A DNA stretch of 24,090 bases from a virus (taxonomy: Duplodnaviria > Caudoviricetes). The stretch covers positions 1 through 24,090 of IMG/VR virus record IMGVR_UViG_3300031925_000034; one strand, written 5' to 3'. The position numbers and the translations under genes are program-made. The notes under the pieces are model-generated. The model did no database searches, was not told where the DNA came from, and worked only from the letters and a program-made list of their open reading frames with translations. Within the stretch, counting starts at the first letter, position 1. Each line of letters starts with the position of its first letter. Positions 8,415-16,462 of this stretch are shown here, piece after piece.

Positions 8415-8486
8415 TTATTTAAGAAAATCTTTTCCAAAGATAAACTCAAATTTAATTTGTTTTTCTGAACCTTTTAAATTTACCAT
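8415..8486 (-). CDS. 23-aa leader ORF or gene remnant MVNLKGSEKQIKFEFIFGKDFLK
   Basis: AGGAGGAG RBS, first ORF after the promoter, stop codon abuts ribozyme copy 2. Confidence 0.55.
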   Translation of the reverse strand: MVNLKGSEKQIKFEFIFGKDFLK

Positions 8487-8530
8487 TACAATCTCCTCCT
8501 TATTTTTTTATTTCCCTTGCTTCTGTCTTA

Positions 8531-8559
8531 ATTGTACCACGCATAATTACCTTTGTCAA
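8531..8559 (-). promoter_or_regulatory. Strong SigA promoter of the accessory operon
   Basis: Minus strand TTGACA-17 bp-TACAAT with extended -10 TG and A/T-rich upstream region. Confidence 0.85.
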
Positions 8560-8579
8560 TACTTTTATCATTACTTTTT
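8544..8579. repeat. Three 12-bp tandem imperfect repeats over the -35 box (candidate operator)
   Basis: TAATTACCTTTG / TCAATACTTTTA / TCATTACTTTTT. Confidence 0.5.
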
Positions 8580-8821
8580 AAAAAATTTTTATTGCTCTCA
8601 AATCCGCTTGTATCAAGGGTTGTAGCGATTTGAAATAAAACTTGCAAAAATTTTTTTAAAAGAATTTTTTATCTCACAAAAAATATTGGTGCCAAAATGG
8701 TGCCCAAAAGTCTCTCTAAATGTCATAAAATATCAAAAAATATCACAAAATAAAATGCCTTAAAATGCAGTAGTACCAATGGTTTAAAGCCATTTTTCTA
8801 ATCTCACAAAATACTCATGGA

Positions 8822-8871
8822 TTACGCTCACATCGTAGAGGCCACAGGTTCGAATCCTGTTAACCCCACCA
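8822..8871 (+). other. attP core: 3' half of tRNA-Val(CAC)
   Basis: TTACG-CTCACAT-CGTAG anticodon arm, ACAGG-TTCGAAT-CCTGT T arm, TAACCCC-ACCA end; no D arm or 5' acceptor strand upstream. Confidence 0.88.
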
Positions 8872-8888
8872 GTAAAATAGCGGATTTG

Positions 8889-8920
8889 AAGGCACTAAAA
8901 AGGTGCCTTATTTTTGTTTT
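8889..8920 (+). terminator. Terminator after tRNA fragment (probably bidirectional)
   Basis: AAGGCAC-taaaaag-GTGCCTT then ATTTTTGTTTT. Confidence 0.65.
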
Positions 8921-8925
8921 GGTGC

Positions 8926-9669
8926 CTATTTGGTGCCTAAATTTTTTCCTATCTGTTTGACTGCATTTTTCTTCATCTCTAGTAAAACATGAGAGTACAC
9001 GTCTGCCGTTGTCGATACTCTTGCATGCCCCATCAACTCTTGAACAATTTTGAGATTTACGCCAGCCTCTAACAACATCGTTGCAAAAGTGTGCCTAAGA
9101 GCATGTAAATTTACATCTTTAATTCCTGCTTTTTTGAGTAATTCATAGTATTTTCTATTCAAATTTCTTGGATGAATATAAGTGCCATTTTGTGTGCAAA
9201 AAACCGGCTTATCTTTGCCATAATTCCCTTCCTCCAACATTCTTATTTGGTGCCTCCTTAGAAACATTAGAAGTATATCTAAAATAGGAACAATCCTTTT
9301 AGATTTTTCAGTTTTAGGCTCTTGTATAACTAACCCTTTTTCTTTTGTATAAACTAATCCTTTTGTAACGGAAATGGTTTCATTTTTAAAATCTATGTCC
9401 TGCCACGTCAAAGCAAGAAGTTCGCTTCTTCTTAATCCCGCTAGTAATAACGTTGCAAATGCAGCTCCTAATCGGTCTTCTTTTAAAACTTCTAAAAATC
9501 TATCTCTCTGCTCTTTTGTAAGTATCTGTATCTCTTTTTGTTTTTTTCGTGGTAATGTAACCGCTTCAGCAGGGTTATTAAGAATTAGCTTATTTTTTAC
9601 CGCTTGTTTTAAAGCACCTCTGACAATATCGTGCAGTTTATAAATTGTTGCTGGTGATTTCCCTTGCAA
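8926..9669 (-). pseudogene. int: Tyrosine integrase, N-terminally truncated
   Basis: Catalytic GLRRSE, PKT, HALRH, MGH and VY present; only 247 aa, begins inside the core-binding domain (GKSPATI), no clear RBS, overlaps repressor end. Confidence 0.85.
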
Positions 9670-9958
9670 AGAGAGGACGACCTGCTCTTATATCTGCAAG
9701 AATGGGCAACATAACCATATCCACCTGTTGGACATTTGAGATTGTTTGAGTAAGCTTCTTTTTCTCTCCATTCAATAAATAATCAACAGACACACCTAAA
9801 ACATCTGCTATAGCTTTCAACATTTCTGGGTCTGGTTTTCTTAAATCTTTCTCATATCGATTGATAGTAGCATCAGTAACGTTTAACAATTCAGCTAATT
9901 GCTTTTGCGTTAGCTCTTTATCTAAGCGAGCTTTTTTAATTCTTTTCCCTAATGACAT
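9638..9958 (-). CDS. CI-like XRE repressor, S24 peptidase domain truncated
   Basis: HTH 'LTQKQLAELLNVTDATINRYE..RKP'; 'LPILADIRAGRPLFA' is the start of a LexA/CI-type C-terminal domain, then the ORF stops. Confidence 0.85.
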   Translation of the reverse strand: MSLGKRIKKARLDKELTQKQLAELLNVTDATINRYEKDLRKPDPEMLKAIADVLGVSVDYLLNGEKKKLTQTISNVQQVDMVMLPILADIRAGRPLFAREITSNNL

Positions 9959-9984
9959 TCTTATTCCCTCCTCATTAATATTTT

Positions 9985-10132
9985 TACCATATTGGTAACA
10001 TAATTATACCACTATAAAAAAATTTTTTTAAAAAAACTACCGAAGTGGAAGAAAAACTATTGACAATACCAAATTGGTAGTCTATAATATAGTTGTGACT
10101 ACCGAAAAGGTAATAAAAATACCAATATGGAA
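9985..10132. promoter_or_regulatory. Genetic switch: five TACC-N5-GG(T/A)A operators and divergent promoters
   Basis: Operators at 9985-9997, 10038-10050, 10067-10079, 10100-10112, 10120-10132; rightward TTGACA(10060)-17-TATAAT(10083); leftward TG-G-TATAAT at 10003-10011. Confidence 0.85.
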
Positions 10133-10146
10133 GGAGTGACAACAAG

Positions 10147-10356
10147 ATGAGAGTTGATTTAGAAAAAATGAAGCGACTACGTAAAGAAAAGAAAATTTCA
10201 CAAACGGAACTAGCAAAAAAAATAGGCTACAAAACTGGAGTGGGCTATCACTATATAGAAACCGGTAAAAGAAAAATTAGAGCTGAAACATTAGCGAAAA
10301 TAGCAGAGATTTTAGGTGTTTCGGTAGAGGATTTATATGAGAAGGAGGTAAGTTAA
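10147..10356 (+). CDS. Cro-like XRE HTH regulator
   Basis: 69 aa HTH, divergent from repressor. Confidence 0.88.
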   Translation: MRVDLEKMKRLRKEKKISQTELAKKIGYKTGVGYHYIETGKRKIRAETLAKIAEILGVSVEDLYEKEVS

Positions 10357-10357
10357 A

Positions 10358-11002
10358 ATGAGTAATTTAATAAAGATTGAAAGCTGGAACGGACATGAGA
10401 TTAGATTTGTTTTTCACCATGGTGAATGGTGGGCAGTTTTAGCTGATATTGCAAAGCCATTAGATTTACAAACCGCCGCAGTTGCACGTCGGTTAAGGGT
10501 AATAGAGAAACAAATTAAAAAGGGTATGATTTCAAATCACCCCCTTCCAACCGCAGGTGGCACTCAAGAGATGCTTATTGTAAATGAGTATGGAATATAT
10601 GAAGCAATTACCCAAAGTAGAAAGAAGGAAGCTATTGAGTTTAGATTTTGGGTATACGACATTCTTAAAGAACTTCGCCAAACAGTAGGACTTGAAGGAT
10701 TTCAAATATTTAGGATGTTAGATAAGGAACATCAAAAGGAAATGATGAAGAAGCTAAAAGAAAGCTTAAGACAGCCCACAAAAGTAGATTATATCAAAGC
10801 TAACGTTATAGCAGACAAAGCAATTAGTAATCTGTTTGGTTATCCCAAAATGATAAAAAAGAATGAAATGACGCCAGAAATGTTAGTAAAAAGAGAAGCA
10901 GTTTTAGAAGATACAGTTGAATTGATGGCTTTAAAAGAAAAATATGGACTTGATATTTCAGTTTCGCAAGCAATTTATAACAAATATAAAGGAACAGCAT
11001 AA
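10358..11002 (+). CDS. BRO-N domain antirepressor-like protein
   Basis: 'EIRFV....EWWAVLADIA..L', 'PTAGGTQEMLIVNEYGIY....SRKKEAIEFRFWV'. Confidence 0.88.
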   Translation: MSNLIKIESWNGHEIRFVFHHGEWWAVLADIAKPLDLQTAAVARRLRVIEKQIKKGMISNHPLPTAGGTQEMLIVNEYGIYEAITQSRKKEAIEFRFWVYDILKELRQTVGLEGFQIFRMLDKEHQKEMMKKLKESLRQPTKVDYIKANVIADKAISNLFGYPKMIKKNEMTPEMLVKREAVLEDTVELMALKEKYGLDISVSQAIYNKYKGTA

Positions 11003-11017
11003 AGGGGGCAAGCAAGA

Positions 11018-11191
11018 ATGATTAAAATCGTTGGGGAATTAACACAAGAAGGCTATGAAATAAACTACAAAGGTGCTGAAGAAGGACAAACATATATAGA
11101 TATTCAATACAATTTAGAAGAAAAAGACAAAATAATTGACGCTTTAGAGAGAATTGTGGAATTTTTAAAAACTTGGAAAGAAAAACCATAA
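11018..11191 (+). CDS. Small hypothetical protein (57 aa, not in ORF track)
   Basis: MIKIVGELTQEG...LKTWKEKP*, AAAGGGGG RBS, fills the gap in the operon. Confidence 0.65.
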   Translation: MIKIVGELTQEGYEINYKGAEEGQTYIDIQYNLEEKDKIIDALERIVEFLKTWKEKP

Positions 11192-11209
11192 TAAAAAGGA
11201 GGAGGCGAA

Positions 11210-11416
11210 GTGACTAAAGTTCTCACTGTCAAACAAGCAGTAGAGCAATTCTTTAACAATACTATTTCACAAGAAATGTTATATGTACTTGTTAGGCAAA
11301 AGAAAATTCCTCATGTTCGCTTGGGTTCAAGAATTCTTTTTGATGAAGATGCCTTACAACACTGGTGGGACGAACAACTACAAAAGTCTACTACTGGTAT
11401 GAGAAAAATTTATTAA
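11210..11416 (+). CDS. xis: Excisionase-like HTH_17 protein
   Basis: 'LTVKQA...LY.LVRQKKIPHVRLGSRILF...L..W'. Confidence 0.8.
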   Translation: MTKVLTVKQAVEQFFNNTISQEMLYVLVRQKKIPHVRLGSRILFDEDALQHWWDEQLQKSTTGMRKIY

Positions 11417-11431
11417 AGGAGGTGAGAAAGC

Positions 11432-11687
11432 ATGAACATGAGTTGGGGACATAGTGAAGAGAGGGAAAAGAAATATACGCTAAAACTCACAATTGAAGAA
11501 CTAATCAGACTAGAAGAAGCAGTAAAAACATCATTAAAAGCAGCAGAAGATATGTATATGTTTTTTTGAAAAGCAAACTTTTGCGAAAGAACTAGACTCG
11601 GAATACGCTCAACAGCGGATGGAAGGATACATGAGAGACATTGAAGCATTCAGAAGTATTTTAAGAAAAATAGAGGAGGAGGTGTAA
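11432..11687 (+). pseudogene. Hypothetical gene split by a frameshift at a T7 tract
   Basis: Frame from ATG 11432 stops at 11567-11569; removing one T from 11561-11567 continues to TAA 11685-11687, next to the following RBS/start. Confidence 0.55.
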
Positions 11688-11689
11688 AT

Positions 11690-11785
11690 ATGTCAATCAA
11701 GCTTGCGCAAATACTATATCGCTTAGGCTTTGCTGTAACGATGGATGGCGACAAACACAAAATTGTTATAAAAAGAGACAAATAA
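11690..11785 (+). CDS. 31-aa hypothetical protein
   Basis: MSIKLAQILYRLGFAVTMDGDKHKIVIKRDK*, GGAGGTG RBS. Confidence 0.55.
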   Translation: MSIKLAQILYRLGFAVTMDGDKHKIVIKRDK

Positions 11786-11855
11786 AAAGTGCCTCCAAAG
11801 GCACAGAAAAAACACACCTACCTTGAGTATAGCACATTTTTGTGCTGTACTCAAG
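11784..11855 (-). promoter_or_regulatory. Antisense promoter plus terminator (tiny sRNA unit) inside a long palindrome
   Basis: Minus strand TTGAGT-17-TATACT within the inverted repeat 11822-11855; GTGCC-tttgga-GGCAC-TTTTT shortly downstream. Confidence 0.5.
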
Positions 11856-11878
11856 AAAAAATTCAGGAGGGGAGAAAA

Positions 11879-12094
11879 ATGGTAAATGTAAATATTCATT
11901 TATATAAATTTGAGGAATTCAAAATTGATACGGAGAAATTTGCCGACGAATTCATACTTACAATACAAACTCCTCAAGGCACAGTAAATTTCATGTCCAC
12001 TAGTCTAAGAGACCTTGAGGAACTAACAAGAAAGATGTTGGCAGAAGTGAAATATAGACAGCTACTGCCACAGCGAGAGGAGGCAGCAATATGA
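11879..12094 (+). CDS. Hypothetical protein
   Basis: Start re-assigned to ATG 11879 after AGGAGGGG. Confidence 0.7.
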   Translation: MVNVNIHLYKFEEFKIDTEKFADEFILTIQTPQGTVNFMSTSLRDLEELTRKMLAEVKYRQLLPQREEAAI

Positions 12095-13005
12095 TACGCA
12101 TTAGTCAGGCTGGAGCATGTCCCCGCAGGATTCAATTAGAAGCGTGGGGAGTAGAAGGAGAGCCTTTTTCGGAAATGACTTTACGTGCATTTGAAGAAGG
12201 GAATTTACACGAAAGCAGTATTCTTAAGTGGGTAAATGAACAATATGATTTGGAAATAACAGACCAGCAAAGAGAAGTAAAAATAAATGATTGGTTAATC
12301 GGGCATATAGATGCAATCGGACGTAAAGAAGGAGAAAAACCAATATTGTTAGAAGCAAAAACTTTGAGACGCAGAGCAGTACAGGAAATGAGAGAAAAGG
12401 GGCTTTTAGCATCTCATTATCAATATTATGTACAAGTACAACTTTATTTGCACGTCCTAAGCAAAGAAGAAGGCATAACACATGCAATGCTCATCGCAAG
12501 AGATAAAGAAACACCACCTATTAGGTTATGGGAACATCACGTTGAACATATAAACTATGATAAAGAATTTGCTGAGCAAAAGATAAAAGAACTTGCAGGA
12601 ATACAGAAAGCAATAGAAGAAGGCATAGAAATAGATATGCCTTATCATCCTGACACGGACTGGCAATGTAGATGGTGTCCATATTTAAAGAGATGTTATC
12701 CAGATTGGAGAAAAAAGCAAGAAAAAGCGGAGTTGCGTAGCGATTTAACAGAGATTGTTGAAGAGCTTATTTCAGTACAGGAAGCAAGAAAGGAATTAGA
12801 AGCGAAAGAAAAAGAATTAAAAGAGGCATTACTCACAACTATAGATGTGGGTAGTGTTATAGCCGGAAAGTGGACAGTTACAGTTGAAGAACGTAGGGCA
12901 GAACGCTTTGATACAACACTAGCACGAAAAACTTTACCGCCAGAGGTTGTCAGTAGTTTACTGAAAGTAACAACTTATAAGCAATTAAAAATAGAGGAGG
13001 TATAA
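12091..13005 (+). CDS. Cas4-like PD-(D/E)XK exonuclease with probable Fe-S cluster
   Basis: N-terminal CPR, GNLHE, GHIDA, LEAKT, QVQLY, C-terminal CRWCPYLKRC; coiled-coil tail. Confidence 0.85.
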   Translation: MIRISQAGACPRRIQLEAWGVEGEPFSEMTLRAFEEGNLHESSILKWVNEQYDLEITDQQREVKINDWLIGHIDAIGRKEGEKPILLEAKTLRRRAVQEMREKGLLASHYQYYVQVQLYLHVLSKEEGITHAMLIARDKETPPIRLWEHHVEHINYDKEFAEQKIKELAGIQKAIEEGIEIDMPYHPDTDWQCRWCPYLKRCYPDWRKKQEKAELRSDLTEIVEELISVQEARKELEAKEKELKEALLTTIDVGSVIAGKWTVTVEERRAERFDTTLARKTLPPEVVSSLLKVTTYKQLKIEEV

Positions 13006-13007
13006 GC

Positions 13008-13817
13008 ATGGAAAATAAAAATTTACCGACTTTGAGAGAAAACTCTATTATAGACGAAGTGGATTTAACTCATGTTAAAAACACTATGCAGAAAATTTCG
13101 CAGTTTCAAGCCATAGTCCAGAGTACCTTAAAAGAAAAAAAAGACTATGGTATCATTCCCGGTACAGACAAACCAACATTACTCAAGCCCGGAGCTGAAA
13201 AAATTTTAATGATGATGGGCTTGAGAAGTGAATTTGAAATTGTCGACAGCACAAGAGATTGGGAGAAGGGATTTTTTCAGTACCAAGTGAAGTGCAAGCT
13301 GCACAAAGGCGACATGCTTATCACAGAAGGTTTTGGAGCCTGCAACACAAAAGAGAAAAAATATGCGAAATCAGACCCTTATACACTTGACAATACAGTG
13401 CTAAAAATGGCAAAAAAGAGAGCTTTAATAGATGCTACACTCCTTGTAGCAAGTCTTTCGGATATATTCACACAAGACGTAGAGGATTTAGAAGACATAG
13501 AAGGAACACCAGTACAGGATAAGATAAGTAAAAATCAATTAAATCTTATACAAAAGCTAATTAAGGAAAAAGAAGTATCTGAAGAAGACTATAAAAAGGC
13601 TTTACAGAAATATTACAACACAACAAATGAGGGAGAATTGACTAAAGAACAAGCTTCAGACTTAATTAGAAGACTGATGAATATGGATAAGAAACAAAAG
13701 AAAAACAATGTGCAAAAAAATGATGAAGACAAAGAAACAAAGCAAGAGCCAATAGAGGTCAATTTTGAGGAAATAGAAGACATACCATTGCCATGGGAAA
13801 ACGGAGCAGAGGGCTAA
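13008..13817 (+). CDS. Putative single-strand annealing/recombination protein
   Basis: 'KPTLLKPGAEKI', 'NTVLKMAKKRALIDA', 'SDIFTQDVED'; acidic 'DIPLPW' tail; follows the exonuclease. Confidence 0.65.
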   Translation: MENKNLPTLRENSIIDEVDLTHVKNTMQKISQFQAIVQSTLKEKKDYGIIPGTDKPTLLKPGAEKILMMMGLRSEFEIVDSTRDWEKGFFQYQVKCKLHKGDMLITEGFGACNTKEKKYAKSDPYTLDNTVLKMAKKRALIDATLLVASLSDIFTQDVEDLEDIEGTPVQDKISKNQLNLIQKLIKEKEVSEEDYKKALQKYYNTTNEGELTKEQASDLIRRLMNMDKKQKKNNVQKNDEDKETKQEPIEVNFEEIEDIPLPWENGAEG

Positions 13818-13913
13818 TGCCCTCTCTCTAAAAAAATTTTTGACGGAAAAATGTGCATATATACCCATTATATTTTATGTATTTTCAGATTATTTATACA
13901 GGGTGGGATTCGG

Positions 13914-14771
13914 ATGGCAAGACCACAAAAGCAAGGATTAGATTATTTCCCATTAGATGTAGATATGGACCAAGACGATAAGATACAGCTAATAGAAGCA
14001 GAACATGGGCTTGTTGGATTTGCAATAGTTATAAAACTTCTTATGAAAATCTATAAAGAAGGCTACTTCTATCATTGGACTGAAAAAGAACAATTAATCT
14101 TTTCAAAGAGAGTTAATGCTGACATTAACCAAGTTAATGCTGTCATTAATTCCTGCATTAAATGGGGTTTATTCGACAAAAACCTCTTTGAAAAACACAA
14201 TATCCTAACATCTAAAGGCATTCAGCGACGTTATTTAGAAGCAATATCACGCAGAAAAAAAGTCACAATTATAAAAGAATTTTACTTACTTCAAAATGAA
14301 TATTCAAATGTAGTTTTTGTAGACATTAATGGTGTTAATGTAGACAAAAACTACAATCCAGATGATATAAATGACAGCAAAAATCCCCAAAGTAAAGTAA
14401 AGAAAAGTAAAGTAAAGTATCATCATAATAATACTGATGATGATTTACAAGTTGATGATGATATCGTCAAAGCAGTTGAATGTTATGAGGATTATGGATA
14501 TGGAACTATAAACAAAGCAGTTTCTGACTTCTTGATAGATATGGTTAATGAATATGGTATTGAATGGGTAAAAGAAGCTTTATACGAGGGAGCGATACAG
14601 AACAAAAGGACATTAAAATATGTGGCTGCGATTTTACAACGCTGGAAGGCTAATGGTGGTATTAGTCATGATTTTAAAAAGGAAAAAGAACAACAACCGC
14701 AACAAATCAAAACCCTTACTGAGCAACTAAAAGAAAAATATGGTGACTTACTGGCAGGTGGGAGCGCATGA
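13914..14771 (+). CDS. Phage replication initiator (DUF4373-like N-terminus, DnaD-like C-terminus)
   Basis: MARPQKQGLDYFPLDV; 'LTSKGIQRRY'; 'LKYVAAILQRW'; precedes DnaB. Confidence 0.85.
   Translation: MARPQKQGLDYFPLDVDMDQDDKIQLIEAEHGLVGFAIVIKLLMKIYKEGYFYHWTEKEQLIFSKRVNADINQVNAVINSCIKWGLFDKNLFEKHNILTSKGIQRRYLEAISRRKKVTIIKEFYLLQNEYSNVVFVDINGVNVDKNYNPDDINDSKNPQSKVKKSKVKYHHNNTDDDLQVDDDIVKAVECYEDYGYGTINKAVSDFLIDMVNEYGIEWVKEALYEGAIQNKRTLKYVAAILQRWKANGGISHDFKKEKEQQPQQIKTLTEQLKEKYGDLLAGGSA
14112..14351. repeat. Candidate replication-origin iterons inside initiator gene
   Basis: 18-bp quasi-palindromes GTTAATGCTGACATTAAC (14112), GTTAATGCTGTCATTAAT (14133), GTTTTTGTAGACATTAAT (14313), GTTAATGTAGACAAAAAC (14334), two pairs at 21-bp pitch. 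Confidence 0.7.
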
Positions 14772-16063
14772 AGATACACGATATCGAATTAGAAAAAAAC
14801 GTATTGGCATTGTTGTTACTTGATGATGACATAGAGGACAAAGTTTTAAAGTTAACGGAAGATGATTTTTATACTACAGAAAATAAACAGGTATTTACAG
14901 CGATAAAAACACTGCTTGAACAAGAAAAAAGCGTTGATATTGTTAGTGTTTCAACATTTATGAAAGATAAAAATCAAAATGCTAACTATATCAAAAAAAT
15001 ATTAGAGGATGCTGAAACTGTAGACTTTGACGAAGCAGTAGCGGTTTTAAAAGAAAAAACAAAAATACGTCAGCTTATAAATGCAGGTCAAGAATTGATA
15101 AAGCTGGCAAAAGAGGACATGGAGCTTGAGAAAAAACTGAACATAGCACAAGAGATATTTAATGCATTTGAAAATAGAAATTACGCAAATATAAAAAGCA
15201 TGAAAGAAATAGTTATGGATACGCTAAAAATCCTTGAGGAAAGATACAAGAATAAAGGACAAACTGTTGGGTTAGATACAGGCTTTGTGGACTTAAACAA
15301 TGCAACAGGTGGATTAAGAAACGGAGAATTAATCACAATAGCAGGCAGGCCGGCGATGGGCAAAAGTGCTTTTGCACTGGATATAGCTATGAATGTAGCA
15401 AGTAAGGGGAATACGGTATTGTACTTCAGCTTAGAAATGAGCAAAGAACAGTTAGGGGAAAGAGCATTTATCCAATGGGGGACAAAACCATACATTGATG
15501 GCTATCAGCTAAGAACAGGACTAATAAGCGATGAAACATGGAAGAAGATAGGCATACAAGTAGCACAACTGGCGAAATTGCCACTCTATATATGCGACGA
15601 TACAGATTTGAACATTTATCAATTGCGGTCTATATGCAGGGATTTTAAAAAGACGCACGATTTGAAGCTCGTAATAGTTGATTACCTACAGCTTATGGAA
15701 GGTGGTAATGACAGTAGTTATGAAAACAGGCAGAACGAAATAGCAAAAATATCTCGTAACTTAAAGAAGTTAGCACGGGAATTGAATATTCCAGTCATAG
15801 CTTTAAGCCAATTAAACAGAGAAGTAGAAAAGAGGCAGAACAAAAGGCCAATGTTGAGCGACTTGAGGGAAAGCGGGAGCATTGAACAGGATAGTGATAT
15901 GGTGTGGTTGTTGTACAGAGACGAGTATTACCATCCAGACACAAAAGAAGCTGGCGTAGCAGAGGTGATAATTGCAAAACAAAGGTCAGGACCTACTGGC
16001 ACAATTAAATTGGCATTCTTGAAAGATTATATTACTTTCAGAAATCTTGCAAAGAGAGAGTAA
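14768..16063 (+). CDS. dnaB: Replicative DNA helicase
   Basis: GRPAMGKS Walker A, FSLEM, VIVDYLQL, LSQLNR, SDLRESGSIEQD, KQRSGP. Confidence 0.96.
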   Translation: MKIHDIELEKNVLALLLLDDDIEDKVLKLTEDDFYTTENKQVFTAIKTLLEQEKSVDIVSVSTFMKDKNQNANYIKKILEDAETVDFDEAVAVLKEKTKIRQLINAGQELIKLAKEDMELEKKLNIAQEIFNAFENRNYANIKSMKEIVMDTLKILEERYKNKGQTVGLDTGFVDLNNATGGLRNGELITIAGRPAMGKSAFALDIAMNVASKGNTVLYFSLEMSKEQLGERAFIQWGTKPYIDGYQLRTGLISDETWKKIGIQVAQLAKLPLYICDDTDLNIYQLRSICRDFKKTHDLKLVIVDYLQLMEGGNDSSYENRQNEIAKISRNLKKLARELNIPVIALSQLNREVEKRQNKRPMLSDLRESGSIEQDSDMVWLLYRDEYYHPDTKEAGVAEVIIAKQRSGPTGTIKLAFLKDYITFRNLAKRE

Positions 16064-16077
16064 GGAGAGAGTAAGGC

Positions 16078-16314
16078 ATGTTCGATGAAAAAAAGTTTGA
16101 GAAAATTGCACAGAGGACAGAACAATTGATAGACCAGTACGGGGATGATAAAGAGGCGCAAGAGATAGTAAGAGATAATCTGTTGCTGTTGGTAGATATG
16201 ATTTTTGACGAAATTGAAAAACAATACAAAAAAACAAAAGACAAAAGATATTTAGAAATTGCGGATAAACTTTACAAAAAAGCAAGAAAGGAGAATGCGT
16301 ATGATTTACTTTGA
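16078..16314 (+). CDS. Hypothetical protein
   Basis: 78 aa, RBS, operon position. Confidence 0.7.
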   Translation: MFDEKKFEKIAQRTEQLIDQYGDDKEAQEIVRDNLLLLVDMIFDEIEKQYKKTKDKRYLEIADKLYKKARKENAYDLL

Positions 16315-16456
16315 TGAGCTAGAAGCACGAAAAGAAGAAAACAGACAATTAAGACAGCTTGTACATAAACTTGCGGAGGAGAATGAGAAACTTGTAGAAG
16401 AAAACAAACGGTTAAAAAGAATTATAAGAATTTTCGCAGGGGAGGAGGAGACATAA
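16301..16456 (+). CDS. Small coiled-coil hypothetical protein
   Basis: ATG 16301 after AAGGAG. Confidence 0.6.
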   Translation: MIYFDELEARKEENRQLRQLVHKLAEENEKLVEENKRLKRIIRIFAGEEET

Positions 16457-16462
16457 AACGAA

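Larger units (their letters stand above)
8671..8940. other. attP region with arm-type repeats
   Basis: Paired TGGTGCC repeats at about 8687-8704 and 8920-8937 flank the core; ATCTCACAAAA-like repeats at about 8671, 8741 and 8801; adjacent to integrase 3' end. Confidence 0.8.

Noticed and set aside
8800-8871. Intact tRNA-Val gene
   Set aside because: D arm and 5' acceptor strand are missing; it is an att core.
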